This document shows, piece by piece, positions 52,001 to 64,000 of a stretch of 64,000 nt of DNA. How positions within the stretch are numbered: the first letter of the stretch is position 1; every line of letters starts with the position of its first letter. The position numbers were made by a program, and so were the translations under genes. Where the stretch lies: assembly GCA_051294375.1 (NCBI GenBank), contig JBJCIZ010000744.1:1478262-1542261 (forward strand). Direction: 5' to 3'. The notes under the pieces were generated by a model. The model saw nothing but the letters and a program-made list of their open reading frames with translations, was not told the origin of the DNA and ran no database searches. The stretch comes from Paraspadella gotoi. Taxonomy: Eukaryota > Animalia > Chaetognatha.

Positions 52001-55000
52001 TGGACCAATCAGGATTCGGCGATCCATTTCGCTTGATCCGATTCGATTTTGGTGGCTTGATACTCCTGCGATGTGAGACCCCCCCCTTCCTCCGTGAGCG
52101 CGGGCAGGGTCAAGTTGACCGCGTGAAGTTGAAAAGTCTCATTCGCCCAAGGGGAGTCTCGAGGTACGTCTGAAAACTTGTCCGTCCGTTTCTTTTGCGT
52201 TGCGAGGTGTCTTTTTTGTGCGCAAGCAAGGCCCAGCAAGATACTACGGGTTGATCGCGCATGATTTACCAATAGCAAAGAGAAGCGGTAGCAAGTTGGG
52301 ACGTCGGGCAACCAGGTCAGTTGGGGCAAAATTTCGATGACTTTTTTGAAGCTGAATAAGTTGATTCCATGCTTGTATTTTTCCATGTTATCTTTTGTAA
52401 GCCTGGAATCGGTCGAAAATTGTGATGTTTTCGAGGAAATCTTGTATCCCTTTAAGAAAAGATTTTGCCTCAGTAGAATGATCTTGTTCTCGTCTGCATG
52501 TGATGTTATTTTGAATATTACTTGATGATTTCTCCCGTTTTTGTTTTAATTAGGTTCCTGTATGCATATAAATAGGCGGCGGGTTGCATCTCGTTGTCGG
52601 GGATGTTTGTACGATGTGATGGTGAATGAATGACGGAAACTCTTTTTCTCTAAATTTGAGGCGTAAGTCCTTCAAATACATGTTTCTGTTTGTCGTAAGT
52701 GGGCTAAGGTGAGCTACACTTTGCTGAGTTAGCAATTCCCCTCGTAAGAAAGCGATGTCCCTCTTTTCCATGGAACGTAAACGGAGGAAGGGTTGGCGTG
52801 GGCTTTTGCTGCTATAGATCTGGCCTCGTCGACCTTTTAATTTGCAAATTCACGCCGGAGAACTTGGGTTAGTGTTCTAATTCTTCATGATTTCTTTTTT
52901 CCAAGTCGGAGAAACGTTTGCTTTATGTGCTGGATAAGCTTTTCGTCTCTTTGCAGGTCGGGTGTGACATCCGTTGCGTGAAGAAGGAAAGCGGCGAGGA
53001 CGTCTTTGTGCATCTATTCCGCATTCCTTGGCATGAGCTGACTATCGCCTGTGAGGCGAAAGAGCGAACGGAGGATTCATCTCCGCGTCCACAGATGCGG
53101 GCACATTTCTCATAATACTGTCAGTTTTGGTCTTTTTCGAAACTTGAAATCATGTAAGCAAGCTCTCCAGCATTGGCAATCCAAGTTTATCATTTTGCTA
53201 CGCTGCAGGGGGCGTTGCCTCGCCTCTGAAGTGCAGTTCTGGAGGGCCTTTTTGCTTGTCATTGGGGCCAGGAACGATTGAAGCACGTCCTCCGTGCCGG
53301 CTTGATTGGCCCGCGAAGGCTCTTCTGTTCTACCAAAGATGGTTCCGTCAAGAGGATGCCGCCAGGGTAAGTCAACTATGGGCAATTTGTTACACTGCGT
53401 CCGGTGGTAGATTTTTCGGTGTCCGCGACATTCGATCTTTTGTTCGTATAAGCTGATATTTATCACGGATTTTTGCCCGTATCTCCGTCGTAAACGTATC
53501 GTGAAAAATAAATTTTTCACCGCGTGCAATAACCATCTGCGTCCACGGAACGACGGTGACTTGTGGTTAGGTTAGTGCCCAGCTTCTCAGTTGGGTAATG
53601 AAATTGGATTCTCACCCCATGTTGTTAGTTGTCTTTTTAATGGAGCATCATCTAGTTTGCACTTCGATGCCTTTGTGATGTTAAGGCATTTTTGTTCTTG
53701 TTGTTAGTAAGGTGGTCAACTGCAGGTCCCAGATTCGGGTACTGGGATCGACCACCAGCCGCAGACGACTGCCTTTTGCTGTGATTGTAATGTCGCAGCC
53801 TTTCCCGTCGTGTTGTTGATCCTCAGGCAAGAAGATGAAGTTCCGCCTTCTGGATCTTTTGAGGACTGGCTTCGCCTTTGATGCAGTGTTGAGGCGTCTA
53901 GAAAGTCGCATCATGTTGGCCGTTTTGTTGCAGTCAAGACTTGCCACAGGTTTTTCTCCGGCCCTCCGTTGAGATGCAACAAGCTCAAGACAAGCATGGT
54001 TTTGTTTCCATAAGGCTTGCTGGCTTGTTTCTTCTGTCCTTACCCACCAAGGTAAGGTTGAGCTCGGCAATCGCTGACAGTGTTGGGGACCGTTGCTTCG
54101 CTTCTCTCTGCCTCTCGTAAGGTGAAGACGAAGAGTCTTGTTGTCTGTTGTTTCCATGATCTCTCGTTCTCTTTTGCGATTTATTTGAAATCTGCGTTTC
54201 TGACGATCTTTTATTTTTGATTTCAATTCGCGAGAAGATGGCAAGATCTTCTTGGAACGTTTCTTCTTGCTCTGATGGGAGTTCGTTTTCTGTCCCCTTT
54301 TAAACTCGCTGGTCGGTCAACGATCGTGGGCTGGATCCCGTTTTTTTGTTTCTTGATTATGATCTGGCGTTTGTAAAGTTTTTGGGAGGCCCTCCTGAAT
54401 TGGCCGCGGTTCGCTTCGGGGAAAGTTTATTGTTTCTTTTCCTTGTTTGGCTGAAAAAAAATCTTTAGCGTCGTTTCTTTTTCTTTTTGGCTTGAAAAAG
54501 GTGTTTAGCTGTCGTTTTCCTTTTTTCTTTGGGAAATGGCTCCGTTGCTCTATTGTTTTTTTTAATCCTGTTAGTTGAGGTGAAAATAGATTATGGTGTT
54601 GTTTGGCTTGTTTGGCTTGAAAAAAGTTATTGTTTTTCGTTTAACGTCGTTTTTTTCTTTGGGAAATGTTGCTCCGTTGCTCTTATTGTTCTTTCCAAGA
54701 TTACGAGAGATTAGAGAGATTTCGAGAAATTTAAGAGGAAATTACGAGGAAAGATCAGGGAGAGATTTTGGCGCGTCGGATTTGTTTTGGTTTTCTTTTG
54801 TACGTCTGCGTTACACTAGTTTTACTATGTTGATTTCTTATCATATTCGATGGCATCGTTCTCGGGCGCTTGGTGGAGTTTGAGACGACGTCTTGTTGAT
54901 ATTTAGATTCGCTGGCCGTTTATGTTATTAACAAAGTGAATTTCCGTCTTTTTGAAGAAACTTGGTGAGGGCCTGTATAGAATGCGCTTGACTTTGTTTT

Positions 55001-58000
55001 TCGGTTGGTGCTGCCCCGTTGTGATGAGTCCCTTCTTGCCAATACCAAGTCCCTACTTTGATTTCTTTTGGCTTCCTGTAAGGGTTCCGTCTGAGCTTTT
55101 GCTGTAGAAGGTCAAGCCTCTGACTTGCCAGCTTTTCTTTTCAGCTTCCTCTCGCCTGTTTGCTCGGTTATCTGACGTTAACCATACAGAGTGACCTTTT
55201 GTGTAGTCGTCGCACTTTTCGAGGATCCTTGGCCTTGTCCATACTGGGATTCAATGGGGGAACATATTTTCTGTTTTCAGCCGATGATAGGGGTGCGTAT
55301 TAACAATAACATTCCAGCTGGTGGCAACATTTTGGAGCCATTTTCTGGTTGATCTTCGACTGCTTTTGCGGCAAGGCCTGTCTTATTCTGCCCAATATCT
55401 CTCGCCCTGTTGCCTTATTTTTGCGTCCACTAATAATTTTCTCGGCCTGACTTTGTATCGAAGGAGGTTTAGAAGATTTCATGCGCCTCCGTTGAGTTGT
55501 GTTGCTCATCAAAATTTATTTCGAGATATGATCCATGGGAGAGAAGATTTTTCATTCAAGTGCCTTGACGAGGCTGTCGGCGTCAGCTCGTTTCAGTGGA
55601 TTGCCCAGGTGTTATGCAGATGCATTGTCTGAGGGATAAGGGCGTATTTGTAACCTGAAACGGTGGTAGATTGCATTACGTCAATGCTAATGATTCCCAC
55701 GGTGCGATGCGAAGGTTGGGCGCTGACGAGTCTCGTTGTTCTTTTGTTGATCCGTGGCTTTTGCGCAATTATCGCAATTTCGCCACAACTTTCGCGGCTG
55801 CTGTATGTTAATCCTGGTGTGGAGATGTATTGGGGCTGTGATAAAGCTGTGCGATCTCGCCCTGGGTGTCCCAAATTGTATATGTATCTTATTGAGTGAT
55901 TGCTTCAGCCTTTTCGGGTGGACGACGTACTTGGTAGAGTTGGCGTGTTCCCCTTTGTAAAGCCTCTTATGGTGAGGATATTTGTCCATGGTGACCTCAA
56001 GCGTCGTCTATGCACATTGTGAGTTAACCTCTCCGCCGTATTTTTGCTTCTTGTCATTCTTTTTTCAAGCAAAGTTTTTGCTTTCTCCATTGCCGTTGTT
56101 TGAGCAAAAATAAACCTCCTTGAAAATGAGTCTTTGTTGTTGCCAATCTCTGATTTCTCTGGCTAGTGGGGACGAGGGAAAAGTTCTGTGGTTGTGGGTT
56201 TTTAATTCTTCTTCACCTTCCCTCCTTGTGATATCAATGGCTTGTCCGAGGGTGCTATCAACTGAACTTCTTCCTTTGCGCCTTGGCCAGTTTTGATGAT
56301 TCCTGTCGACATGCTGCCTGTCATTGATTAGTTTGGCCTGGTGTTGGTTCGTTCCTGTTTTGGCCTCGAGGTTTATGTTTTATCAAGTCGGCCGGGGGTT
56401 TCGCTGAAAGGTCTGGTTAGGGCTTGATGTTGTTGGCTTTTCGCTGAGGTTGAGATTATATATGTTAATAAATCAGAGTGGGGCTTCACTTGGTATGTCT
56501 GGTGCAATTTGTTTGATTTTCTTGGTGCCTTTCCCCTGTTGGTTGGTTGTCGTAAGCTTTTGACAGATACAATCTTTTAAGTCTACCGGTTTTATTGGTC
56601 GTAGCTGTTGGGCTAGGTTAAGAGTCTCCAACTAGGGCATAACACTGGGCCGGTATGGTTCTGAATATCTTTATTTGTTTTCTGTTTTTCTGCCCGAAAG
56701 GGGGAAAGCTTGTTATAAGATCTCTCGTATTTTTGCAACCAGTTTGGCTGATGTTGTCCTCATCCCATGACAATTATGTTGATGCCGGTCATTTTCGGCC
56801 AACATCTCTAGTTCGGGATGGTCCCGAGTGTCCAATCTTTCGCGGATATTGTCCTGTGAAAAGTGTCTGAATCCTTTCCGTTTTTTGTTTATCCATAAAC
56901 AGTTTTTCCATATTTTTCTTTGTTGCAAAATTTGTCTTTACAAACTCGAAAAATTTGTTTCGAAAGGTTTTGTTTCTTGTTGTAAAAGAAAGGCTGAGCA
57001 TTAGGGTGAGAGTTGGAGCATGTCGGTATGAGGTCGGAGGTGGCTTGGTGCCTCTTCGTCTCCTGCCGGATTCTCAGCATAACCAGTGCTTCGTAACTTT
57101 CCATCTACGTCAAAACCAGCCGGCGAAAAAAGGGGTGTCAAGGGGGTAATCTGTCCTGTTCGTAAAGCGGGTGAGAAGTCAGCGGGGTTTTTCCTGCGCT
57201 TTTTGACCAGGAATGACTTCTTTAGGTTGACATCTTGCTTTATTTTCTGTGATCCAGCGAGAACATTTGTTGAGAGGAGCTCTGCTTGCGTTTGAAGATC
57301 CATGGACTCTTTTAAAGATATGGGGGTCTGTTACTACGTGACTCTCCTGCCCACACGTTATATCCTTTATACTTCCTTTACCATCATATGAAAGCAGAGT
57401 TCGAGTATGTTGATATGTTTTATGCGGTACTCTTCTGGGAAAGATTTGGAGTGAAAGATAAATGGGTACTCCACCCCATCTGCTGTGGCTGTGATGAGGC
57501 CTCCCATGGCCGTTGTGCTCGCCGTCGCATTAGATTTTGTAAGCGCCTTTGTTCTTATTCCTTGGTCATTAGGAAGTTGAGCCCGGGAGAAGTTTGATTC
57601 CCTTATCAGAGAGTAGCCATCTCCCGATGTTCTCGTTGATTTGATCCTCGTCCATGAGCGTGATTGGCATGAAGTGGCTGCGCTTTGTACGAGAATCTGT
57701 GTGTAAGCATCTGTAATAATTTAGCGAAGCAAGCATGAGCCCTCAGGTCCTTTTGACTTTTTTAGATCTCTTGAGTTTTTATCTCTGGCAGCTTCGAGGC
57801 TTTCCCTTTGAGGAAGGAGCTTGCCTATTGGAAATGCTAAATCCGAGAGGATCTTGATATCCCTTTCGTAGCAGAACGCTTTTAGTCTCCACTTGAGTAC
57901 GACGTTTTCGTCTCCTACTTTCTGTAGTAATTCCCTGAGCCTTTCGGCCATATTCCCTGCCGATTTTCTTGTGAGGATCGAGATCGTCAACCGTAGACAA

Positions 58001-61000
58001 GAAGGAAACTTCTTTACTCTCTTGAGATCTTTGAAAGATTCGTCCAGAGAATAGCTTGTAAACATATTTGACGCTTATTTACCATGGGTAGTTATTCATC
58101 CACCAATTAATGGGGCCCGGCCGGCCCAAAGTAGTGACTCTTTTTACACTTTTCGGTGAGATTACCTGGTGGAAACAAGCTAGGATGTCGAGGGAACATT
58201 GTAGTTCATGAGCTTGTATTGCTCGCAGGGATGATGCAATAGTTTGAGGTTCGGTTGCATAGGTTAGAAATATTGTTGTTGCACTTGCTGATAAATCGCA
58301 AGATTAATCTCCATTGTTTTGCAAAGGTTTCATCGGACATTTTCACTTTGTCCTTCGCAACATGTCCTGGCTTTTTATTAGAAATTGCATTGCGGAATAT
58401 GCCTCGTTTTTTGTTCTTGACACTATTCCTGCATTTCATAAACTTCAAGCTACCTTTTTTAGAGCTGCTTTTTTACAGGTCCCTTGGTTTAACGAAGCGG
58501 GGGTTTGGGTAGATTCCTCTTCGGTAAAGCCAAGATCCCACCTTGTAATTAAGGAAGCTTCTTTGCAATCGTATAGATTTCGCCAAAACGTCTCTAAATC
58601 CCACACCATATCCCATACTAGGGGGCTTTATCGGCCAGTGTGGGATCCACGTCCTTGAAAGGTTTTGAGATAATGCTTCCTTTCTCTCGCAATCGTGTTT
58701 GTCCTTTTCGAGCTTTCTTGCCTTTTTTACAGCTTCGAGCTTTCTTCAGTTGGCCTCATGGGGGCGGGACACGATACGTTGTTGCTGGGATTGTATCTTT
58801 TTCTTATTTTTGAGCAGTGGTTTTTTTTCCCCGATAAGTCTGCTTGTACTGTTTCCGCTGTATTTTTATGGTTTCAGAGACCTTAAATCAGACTTTGCCT
58901 CTGCCGTGACTAAAGAAAAGCTTTCTCCCCATCGTCCTGGTTTGGCGTCAAACTCGATACCTTTCTCTGAGGTTATCGCCATCAGCGACATGGATCCTTT
59001 GTCCATCATGATTGGATAATCCATCTAGATCGGCTAGGTCTTCCAGTAAGCTTTATTCTGCAGTTAACCAGTTTTTGTATCACAATCTTTTTGTACGTGA
59101 AGCGGGAACAAATTGACTCGACGTTTCTCCTTGCCAACCATACTCGCGGCTTTTTCAAAGCTTCATGCTTTCTTGAAAGAGAGATGTGTGACTGGTTTTC
59201 CATCCATCGCCGCTATCAGAAGGATCTTTCTCGATTTGGATGGCTGCACCCCCCCCCCCCCCCCCCCCTCTACTTTCCACATCTCTTGTGTGGCCTGGTT
59301 TAGTGACGGGCCGTGCCGATGATGATATCCTGGTCGTTTTGCTCGGCTGATATATAAATGTTGTCCTCAGTACCCACGCTTGGAACATGATCCTGATGTT
59401 AATGCATTCCGTTAAGGTAATTGTTCCGGTGGCGGTCGAGAGCTTCAGAGGCTTTCCATGGTAAATTTTCCTCTTGTGCAAGGCCCCATTTTTCAATAAA
59501 TCTCGAGGAATTGTGTTTATCGAGGCTTCCTGTGTCATAAAGGGACAGCTTGCTGGTGCTCCCGCTATGACTGCGGTATGTAGCTGTTTTACCGGTGTGG
59601 TAGGGTAGTTCCCGTGTCGTCACGCGGAGCAGGGCCTTCCGTTGGAGAAATGTTTTCTTGTTTATCTCAGTGGGGAGCGATGGATTTCCTTTTCATTTCC
59701 CTTTTGTGGGGGGGGTTTTCGGGGGGGGGGGGGAGGGATACACGTTGCAAAATAAACTTATTCGAAAAAAAAGATGGCTGTAGGTACACTTTCTGGATCG
59801 TGATTTCTAGCTCTATTCTGCGAAGTGTAGCCTGGTGAGAGATTCTTCCTTGTTGTTCGCGGCCACTATTGCTGTAGGTTGGGTTGTCGGTCCCCCAGTA
59901 GGTTTTAGTCTGAGGCCCAATCGCTCTTTTCCTCATTGGGTTTACCCGGTTTGTTTGTGAGGAGGTGGCGAGGTGGGGAGGAGAGGAAAAGAGTGAGGCT
60001 TTCCTTCCCGGACATGGATTCGTCTTCCAGGCTTGGCACAGCTTGACCTGTTGATCTTGGCTCTTTTTTCGCGTCGTTGGCTTTGTTCCCAGTCTTCCCC
60101 ATGAACGAGTTATTTACTAGAATCAGTTCGTTTTTTTGTTAAAGGTTTTCAGAGTTTGTTGATCCTGCGGAGGTTAGAATTTTCCTTTGAAAACCCATTT
60201 GCAATATCTGCTTAGATTTCTTATCCTTTTTTGCTCTTTCTTTATCATTGACTTCTGTTTCTTAGTGCGTTTACCTTTTTTCCAAGCTTTTGATATGGTT
60301 TGTTTACGATTACGCTGGCTTCTGCTTTTGTTTTTGTTTATTTTCAATTACGCGAGAATAATTTGGAAAATTGTTTTATAGAAGAAACATTTCATCTCGC
60401 AGATCATCACCTTAGTTAAGCAAACAATATCCCTCCTTTTCCCAAACTTTTGGGAGAAACGTTTTCCCTTTCTGTCGTCGTTCGCGCTTCCAGTTACGTC
60501 TCCTTTTTTTCGTTTTTCCAACCTCCTTTCCAGCCTCCTCTTTTGGCTGAAGTCTTATCGAAGCGTTTTCTGTCTTTCTGTCGGACGTTCGTAACGGCGA
60601 TCGCGCTCGGCGTCACGCACCCAGCCTGCGTCACACCCCGCGAGATCGCTGGTTCTCGTGCGACGATTCGCTTTTCTCCTAACTGCTTTTCTCATCTCCT
60701 TAGATGGTCTCGCTGACGTTTATTTAGTTCTTGACACATACACTACACTTGGTAAAAGGCTGTTGCGCTTGCTGTTTGGACTTCCTGATCCGTGAGTCCT
60801 TTGGTGACGAGGGCATTTTACGAGTTTTTCTTATCGTTTCGTCGGAGACAGTGTTGACGACTTTTCTTATTCCTTTCGCTATTTGACCCGCGGTTAGGTA
60901 ACCTTTGAGACGGTACTCGATTTCCTGCCAAGCTCCAGGTATGTTGTCGTATCGAGAAAGTAAAGTCCATTCAAGAGTTTTCGTTGTAATTGCCTTTGCA

Positions 61001-62620
61001 TGTATTCAAGGCTTTTGACGAGGAGCTGTGCTGCGTAGTCTGGGATGGACCGGTTTGTCTTTGTTCTCGGACATTTCATTTTTCTAGAGCTTCGTTCACT
61101 AACGGCAACTCCGTTATCTCGTAGTGGGACGGCTGGGTCAACCGACAAGGTGGCTAATTTGTCGGCTCGGCGTCGAGAGTGATGACGATTCAAAGATTGC
61201 GCGTAATCCCAGCCATCGGACTGCCGTGAGTTTCATTCGGTGAACCTCGGCGGCCTCTTTGTCTTGTGGCTAGGATGGCGCGAAGTTGTTCGTCTATCTT
61301 GTTAGGCGCGCAGTTTGAGTCCTTATAAAGCTGGTAAAAGTTTCGTAAGTATTGTTCAGTGGCGTTTTGCTCCTTTTCTCTCTTTTTTCAAGCTTGATGG
61401 GGCGTTCAGACGGCGTATATCCAGGCGGTTCGTCTGACGGCCGTACTCGGACCTCACGTTCGTCGATGGGGTTAGGCTAACTTTATCGATGGGTTTGAGG
61501 GTGAGCTGAAAGTTGTTGTCGTCCATGGGGAGTGCTTAGGGTAAGATGGAACCGCTTTTTGGGGGTTGGGTTGGGCGGGGCTGTTTTGAGAGTGTTGTCC
61601 CGCCTCGGATGGCTGCGATGATCTGTGTCCAGGCTTCTTGGTCGGCTGTTACATGTGTTTGTCCATGTTCCGATCTTTTGTATTCCATGGCACCTATTTT
61701 TGTGTCCATGTCTTTATTTTCTTCTGCAATACGTTCAAATTTTTGTTGATTGTGAAAGTTTGTTTCATTTAGATTTGCATGATCTGTTTGGCATAATGCC
61801 ATCCTTCGTCTCAGTCTGCAGTGCTTTTTAACTCGGGCGGCATGTTGAAAGTGCGCACCAAGTCGTCGTCGTCGCAACTGCTACCGTCGCCATCGCCGAA
61901 TCGTATTTCGGCGTTCGTTGTCTGGATCTCGCCAATCCCGTCCAGATTCTTTTGGTGCTGGGAGAGGTGGTATCTGCCCAGCCCGGGGTGTTCAGTTGGA
62001 GTTGAGGTGCGGGATCCATTTGAGGTGGCGTTGGTTGCTGGTGGCTTTGGCTTCTTCGGAGGAGTGTGAGTCTTTGCCAGAAGTCCTGTCACCACATTTA
62101 AGGAAAAACTCATGGATTTATGACTAAATCAAGAAGAGGTTTTATTCTGAGAATAAAGGGACGGTGGAGAAACGCGCCGGCAGGAGCTTGATCAATTCTA
62201 ACTGAAACTAGAACAAAGCTGAAGCTATTTATATCTTTGGAAGAGGATCGGCAACTTGGGTAAAAATTTACAATTCAATGATTTCTGCAGCTGATTGGTC
62301 GATTCCGTCGTGTTGACCAATCAGATTCGCGATTCCATTCGCTTGATCGATTCGATTTGTGGGTTGAACTCCTGCGATGGTATGAATAAAAATTTAAATT
62401 AAAATATTTTATACGCGTTCCTCTTTTTCAGGTCTTGACCTTTCCCAGCGCGACAAGAAAGGAAAAAAGAAGAAGGCAGCGGCAGCAGCTGCAGCCGAGA
62501 CGGCGGCGTCGCCGGACGAGCAATTCCATCCAGTGAAGTGCGAAGAATGTGGGACTCAAGTCGGAGTTTATGACGTCGACGAAGTCTTTCACTTTGTTCA
62601 ACGTCTTGGCCAGTCATTGA
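45430..62620 (+). CDS. EAPP: E2F-associated phosphoprotein; exons 45430-45529 (duplicate at 44034-44133), 50670-51459 and 62432-62620
   Basis: Exon 1 MNFFGDVDMD.PSDED...SSDDDDADFLLSLG|T. Exon 2 [77 protein letters not shown]. Exon 3 FHPVKCEECGTQVGVYDVDEVFH.FNVLASH*. Splice phases are consistent. Confidence 0.93.
46015..47505 (+). pseudogene. EAPP: Noisy redundant copy of EAPP exon 2, its intron and the start of exon 3
   Basis: Matches 50345-51770, then directly matches 62400-62480 (tacggttccc...tagtcttgacctttccaaggcggacaagaaagg). Confidence 0.7.
51776..52073 (-). repeat. 3' LTR
   Basis: atttaaggaaaaactcatggat...actcctgcgatg matches 62096-62379 and is adjacent to the polypurine tract. Confidence 0.88.
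52090..54245 (-). CDS. Frameshifted env-like glycoprotein ORF of the LTR element
   Basis: About 2.1 kb of Cys-containing coding fragments downstream of the integrase, with a basic KRSRRR site, N-X-T sequons (NKT, NCT), the motif AHANPSS..RDIAFLRGELL..KC..TC.EGLP..F..IVQTSPTTRCNPPPIY and a hydrophobic C-terminal stretch. Confidence 0.5.
62096..62379 (-). repeat. 5' LTR
   Basis: Matches 51776-52073 and is followed on the - strand by a TGG-initiated PBS-like site. Confidence 0.88.
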
Positions 62621-64000
62621 TAACAACAACAACAACAACAACTCATTGATAACAACAACGACCAACTACTGCGTTCAACATCTCGATTCAAAAGGCGAAA
62701 ACAATAACAAATACAAAAACAAAAACAAGAAAACCTCAGATTTTTTCCGATGTTTCTTCGTCGGACGCCAATCGACATCACCCCCATTTTTTTGGTCTCC
62801 CTCCCCCACCCCCTTGTTATTTCAATCCCCGTACAAAACGTTAAATTTCGGTTTATCTCGTGGCCAAATGTTTTTTTTTAATGTCTAGAATTCGTTTGAC
62901 TTTTAAATTTGGAAAATTCTCTCAAGAATGCTTGTTATATATTTTTCTCTGTAATAAAATCGCGACTCGTTTTGGCTTTCGTTTTGAAAACTTTTATTTT
63001 CCCGATCTTGTCCTAAAAAGTGTAACGCAGACTTTTTTTTTCCTAGCTAATTAAAAAGTAAGTTTCATCCGTTTTTTTGTATCATTCACTTGGCTAAATA
63101 AAAGTCTTCGTTAAAAAGAATCGTGCGGAGCAATTAGCAGAGAATTAGTAGAAAAGTTAATGATTAATGATAAATAGTAGAATTACTGGGAAAATTCCAA
63201 AAGTCTTTTGTTCGAATCGTTCGAAAAATCCTCCGTTTTTCCCGTCGAATCGAAAGATGTCGCTGAGACTCGAGTCTCAAAAGAGAAACAAATGAACAGC
63301 GCGATTCCTGTGATCTCTCCGGTGAAATTCCGATCCATCACAACCGAAACATTCCATTTCTTTTTGAGCGACAAACATCGTCCGTGAACGTCACGTAGCG
63401 ACCGGACGGATATTCCCGGCGCCGGGAAGTTTGAAAACGACTGGTCGGTCGGTCGGCTACATGAGATCCATTACACCAGGGAAGAAAGAACATGTAGTTG
63501 TACCCTGTTGGTCGCCGTCGACGCCTGACAATTTTGAAAGGAAAAGTCAAGAAAATGACAATTTTGTTTTCATTTACTTNNNNNNNNNNAATTAATGGAA
63601 TTAGGACTTTAACCGCCAAGTATTATTTCTTGTTTCCAGGCTTTCGTGAGATTCCGTCCAATAAATCTCGTCGCGATCAGCGAAAAAAAACGCGACTAAA
63701 AACGAATTTGAAAAAAAAAACTCAAAACTTTTGTGTGAAAACTTGATAAAACGTTTTGAGGGTGGGGTCGTCCGTTCGACCGTCGCTCGATCCGTTTGTC
63801 ATGATTTTAACGGTCGGCCGAAGTCGCGGACTTCTGCGGACCTCTTGACCTTTTCAAAACGTCAACGCCGGATCTCTCTCTCTCTCACTCTTTCTCTCTC
63901 TCTCACTCACTCTCTCTCTCATATCAATAATGCGGGAGGAAGAGCTGGAGACGGCGATCAAGGTTTTATCATTAAAGAATATGTATAAGAATATATATTA

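Larger units (their letters stand above)
51776..62379 (-). mobile_element. Gypsy/Metaviridae-type LTR retrotransposon, 10.6 kb, in the last EAPP intron
   Basis: Direct repeats at 51776-52073 and 62096-62379, flanked by GTAT on both sides. PBS-like TGGTGACAGG follows the 5' LTR; PPT GGAAGGGGGGGG precedes the 3' LTR. Frameshifted motifs: protease (YDTG/ASINTIP, ~59530), RT (VY.VDDL ~57990; ERLRELLQKV..VLK..KAFC), RNase H (DASTTAMGGLI...FIFHSKSF...INILEL, ~57520) and integrase (GHPGRDRT...CDNCAK...ISIDVM...SGYKYAL, ~55870-55640). Confidence 0.88.

Noticed and set aside
52090-62095. Programmed frameshifts or ancient decay in the retrotransposon ORFs
   Set aside because: Indel density matches the read-error pattern elsewhere in the window and cannot be interpreted without polishing.

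Overview
This is eukaryotic, probably invertebrate metazoan, genomic DNA: GC/CpG-rich exons, AT-rich GT-AG introns, many N gaps, and several indel-ridden redundant copies that look like uncorrected long-read gap fill. Recognisable host genes, all on the + strand, are a small BTB/POZ protein gene (three copies), DNAJC22/Wurst (TM2 plus C-terminal J domain; two to three partial copies), the mitochondrial tRNA-modification GTPase GTPBP3/MnmE (about 19-30.8 kb) and EAPP (about 44-62.6 kb). The GTPBP3 introns hold a 2.56-kb DIRS-like element with inverted terminal repeats and an internal complementary region, plus a nested same-strand TM-ankyrin-RING gene and a degenerate TM-ankyrin paralog. The last EAPP intron holds a 10.6-kb Gypsy-type LTR retrotransposon on the - strand (PR-RT-RH-IN). 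It has non-canonical LTR ends, a 4-bp TSD and an extra 3' ORF resembling chuvirus/gB-like class III fusion glycoproteins. A redundant noisy copy of the EAPP locus appears to lack this insertion. Unassigned spliced ORFs and tandem repeats lie at 31-45 kb. All assignments come from reading motifs by eye; no searches were run.
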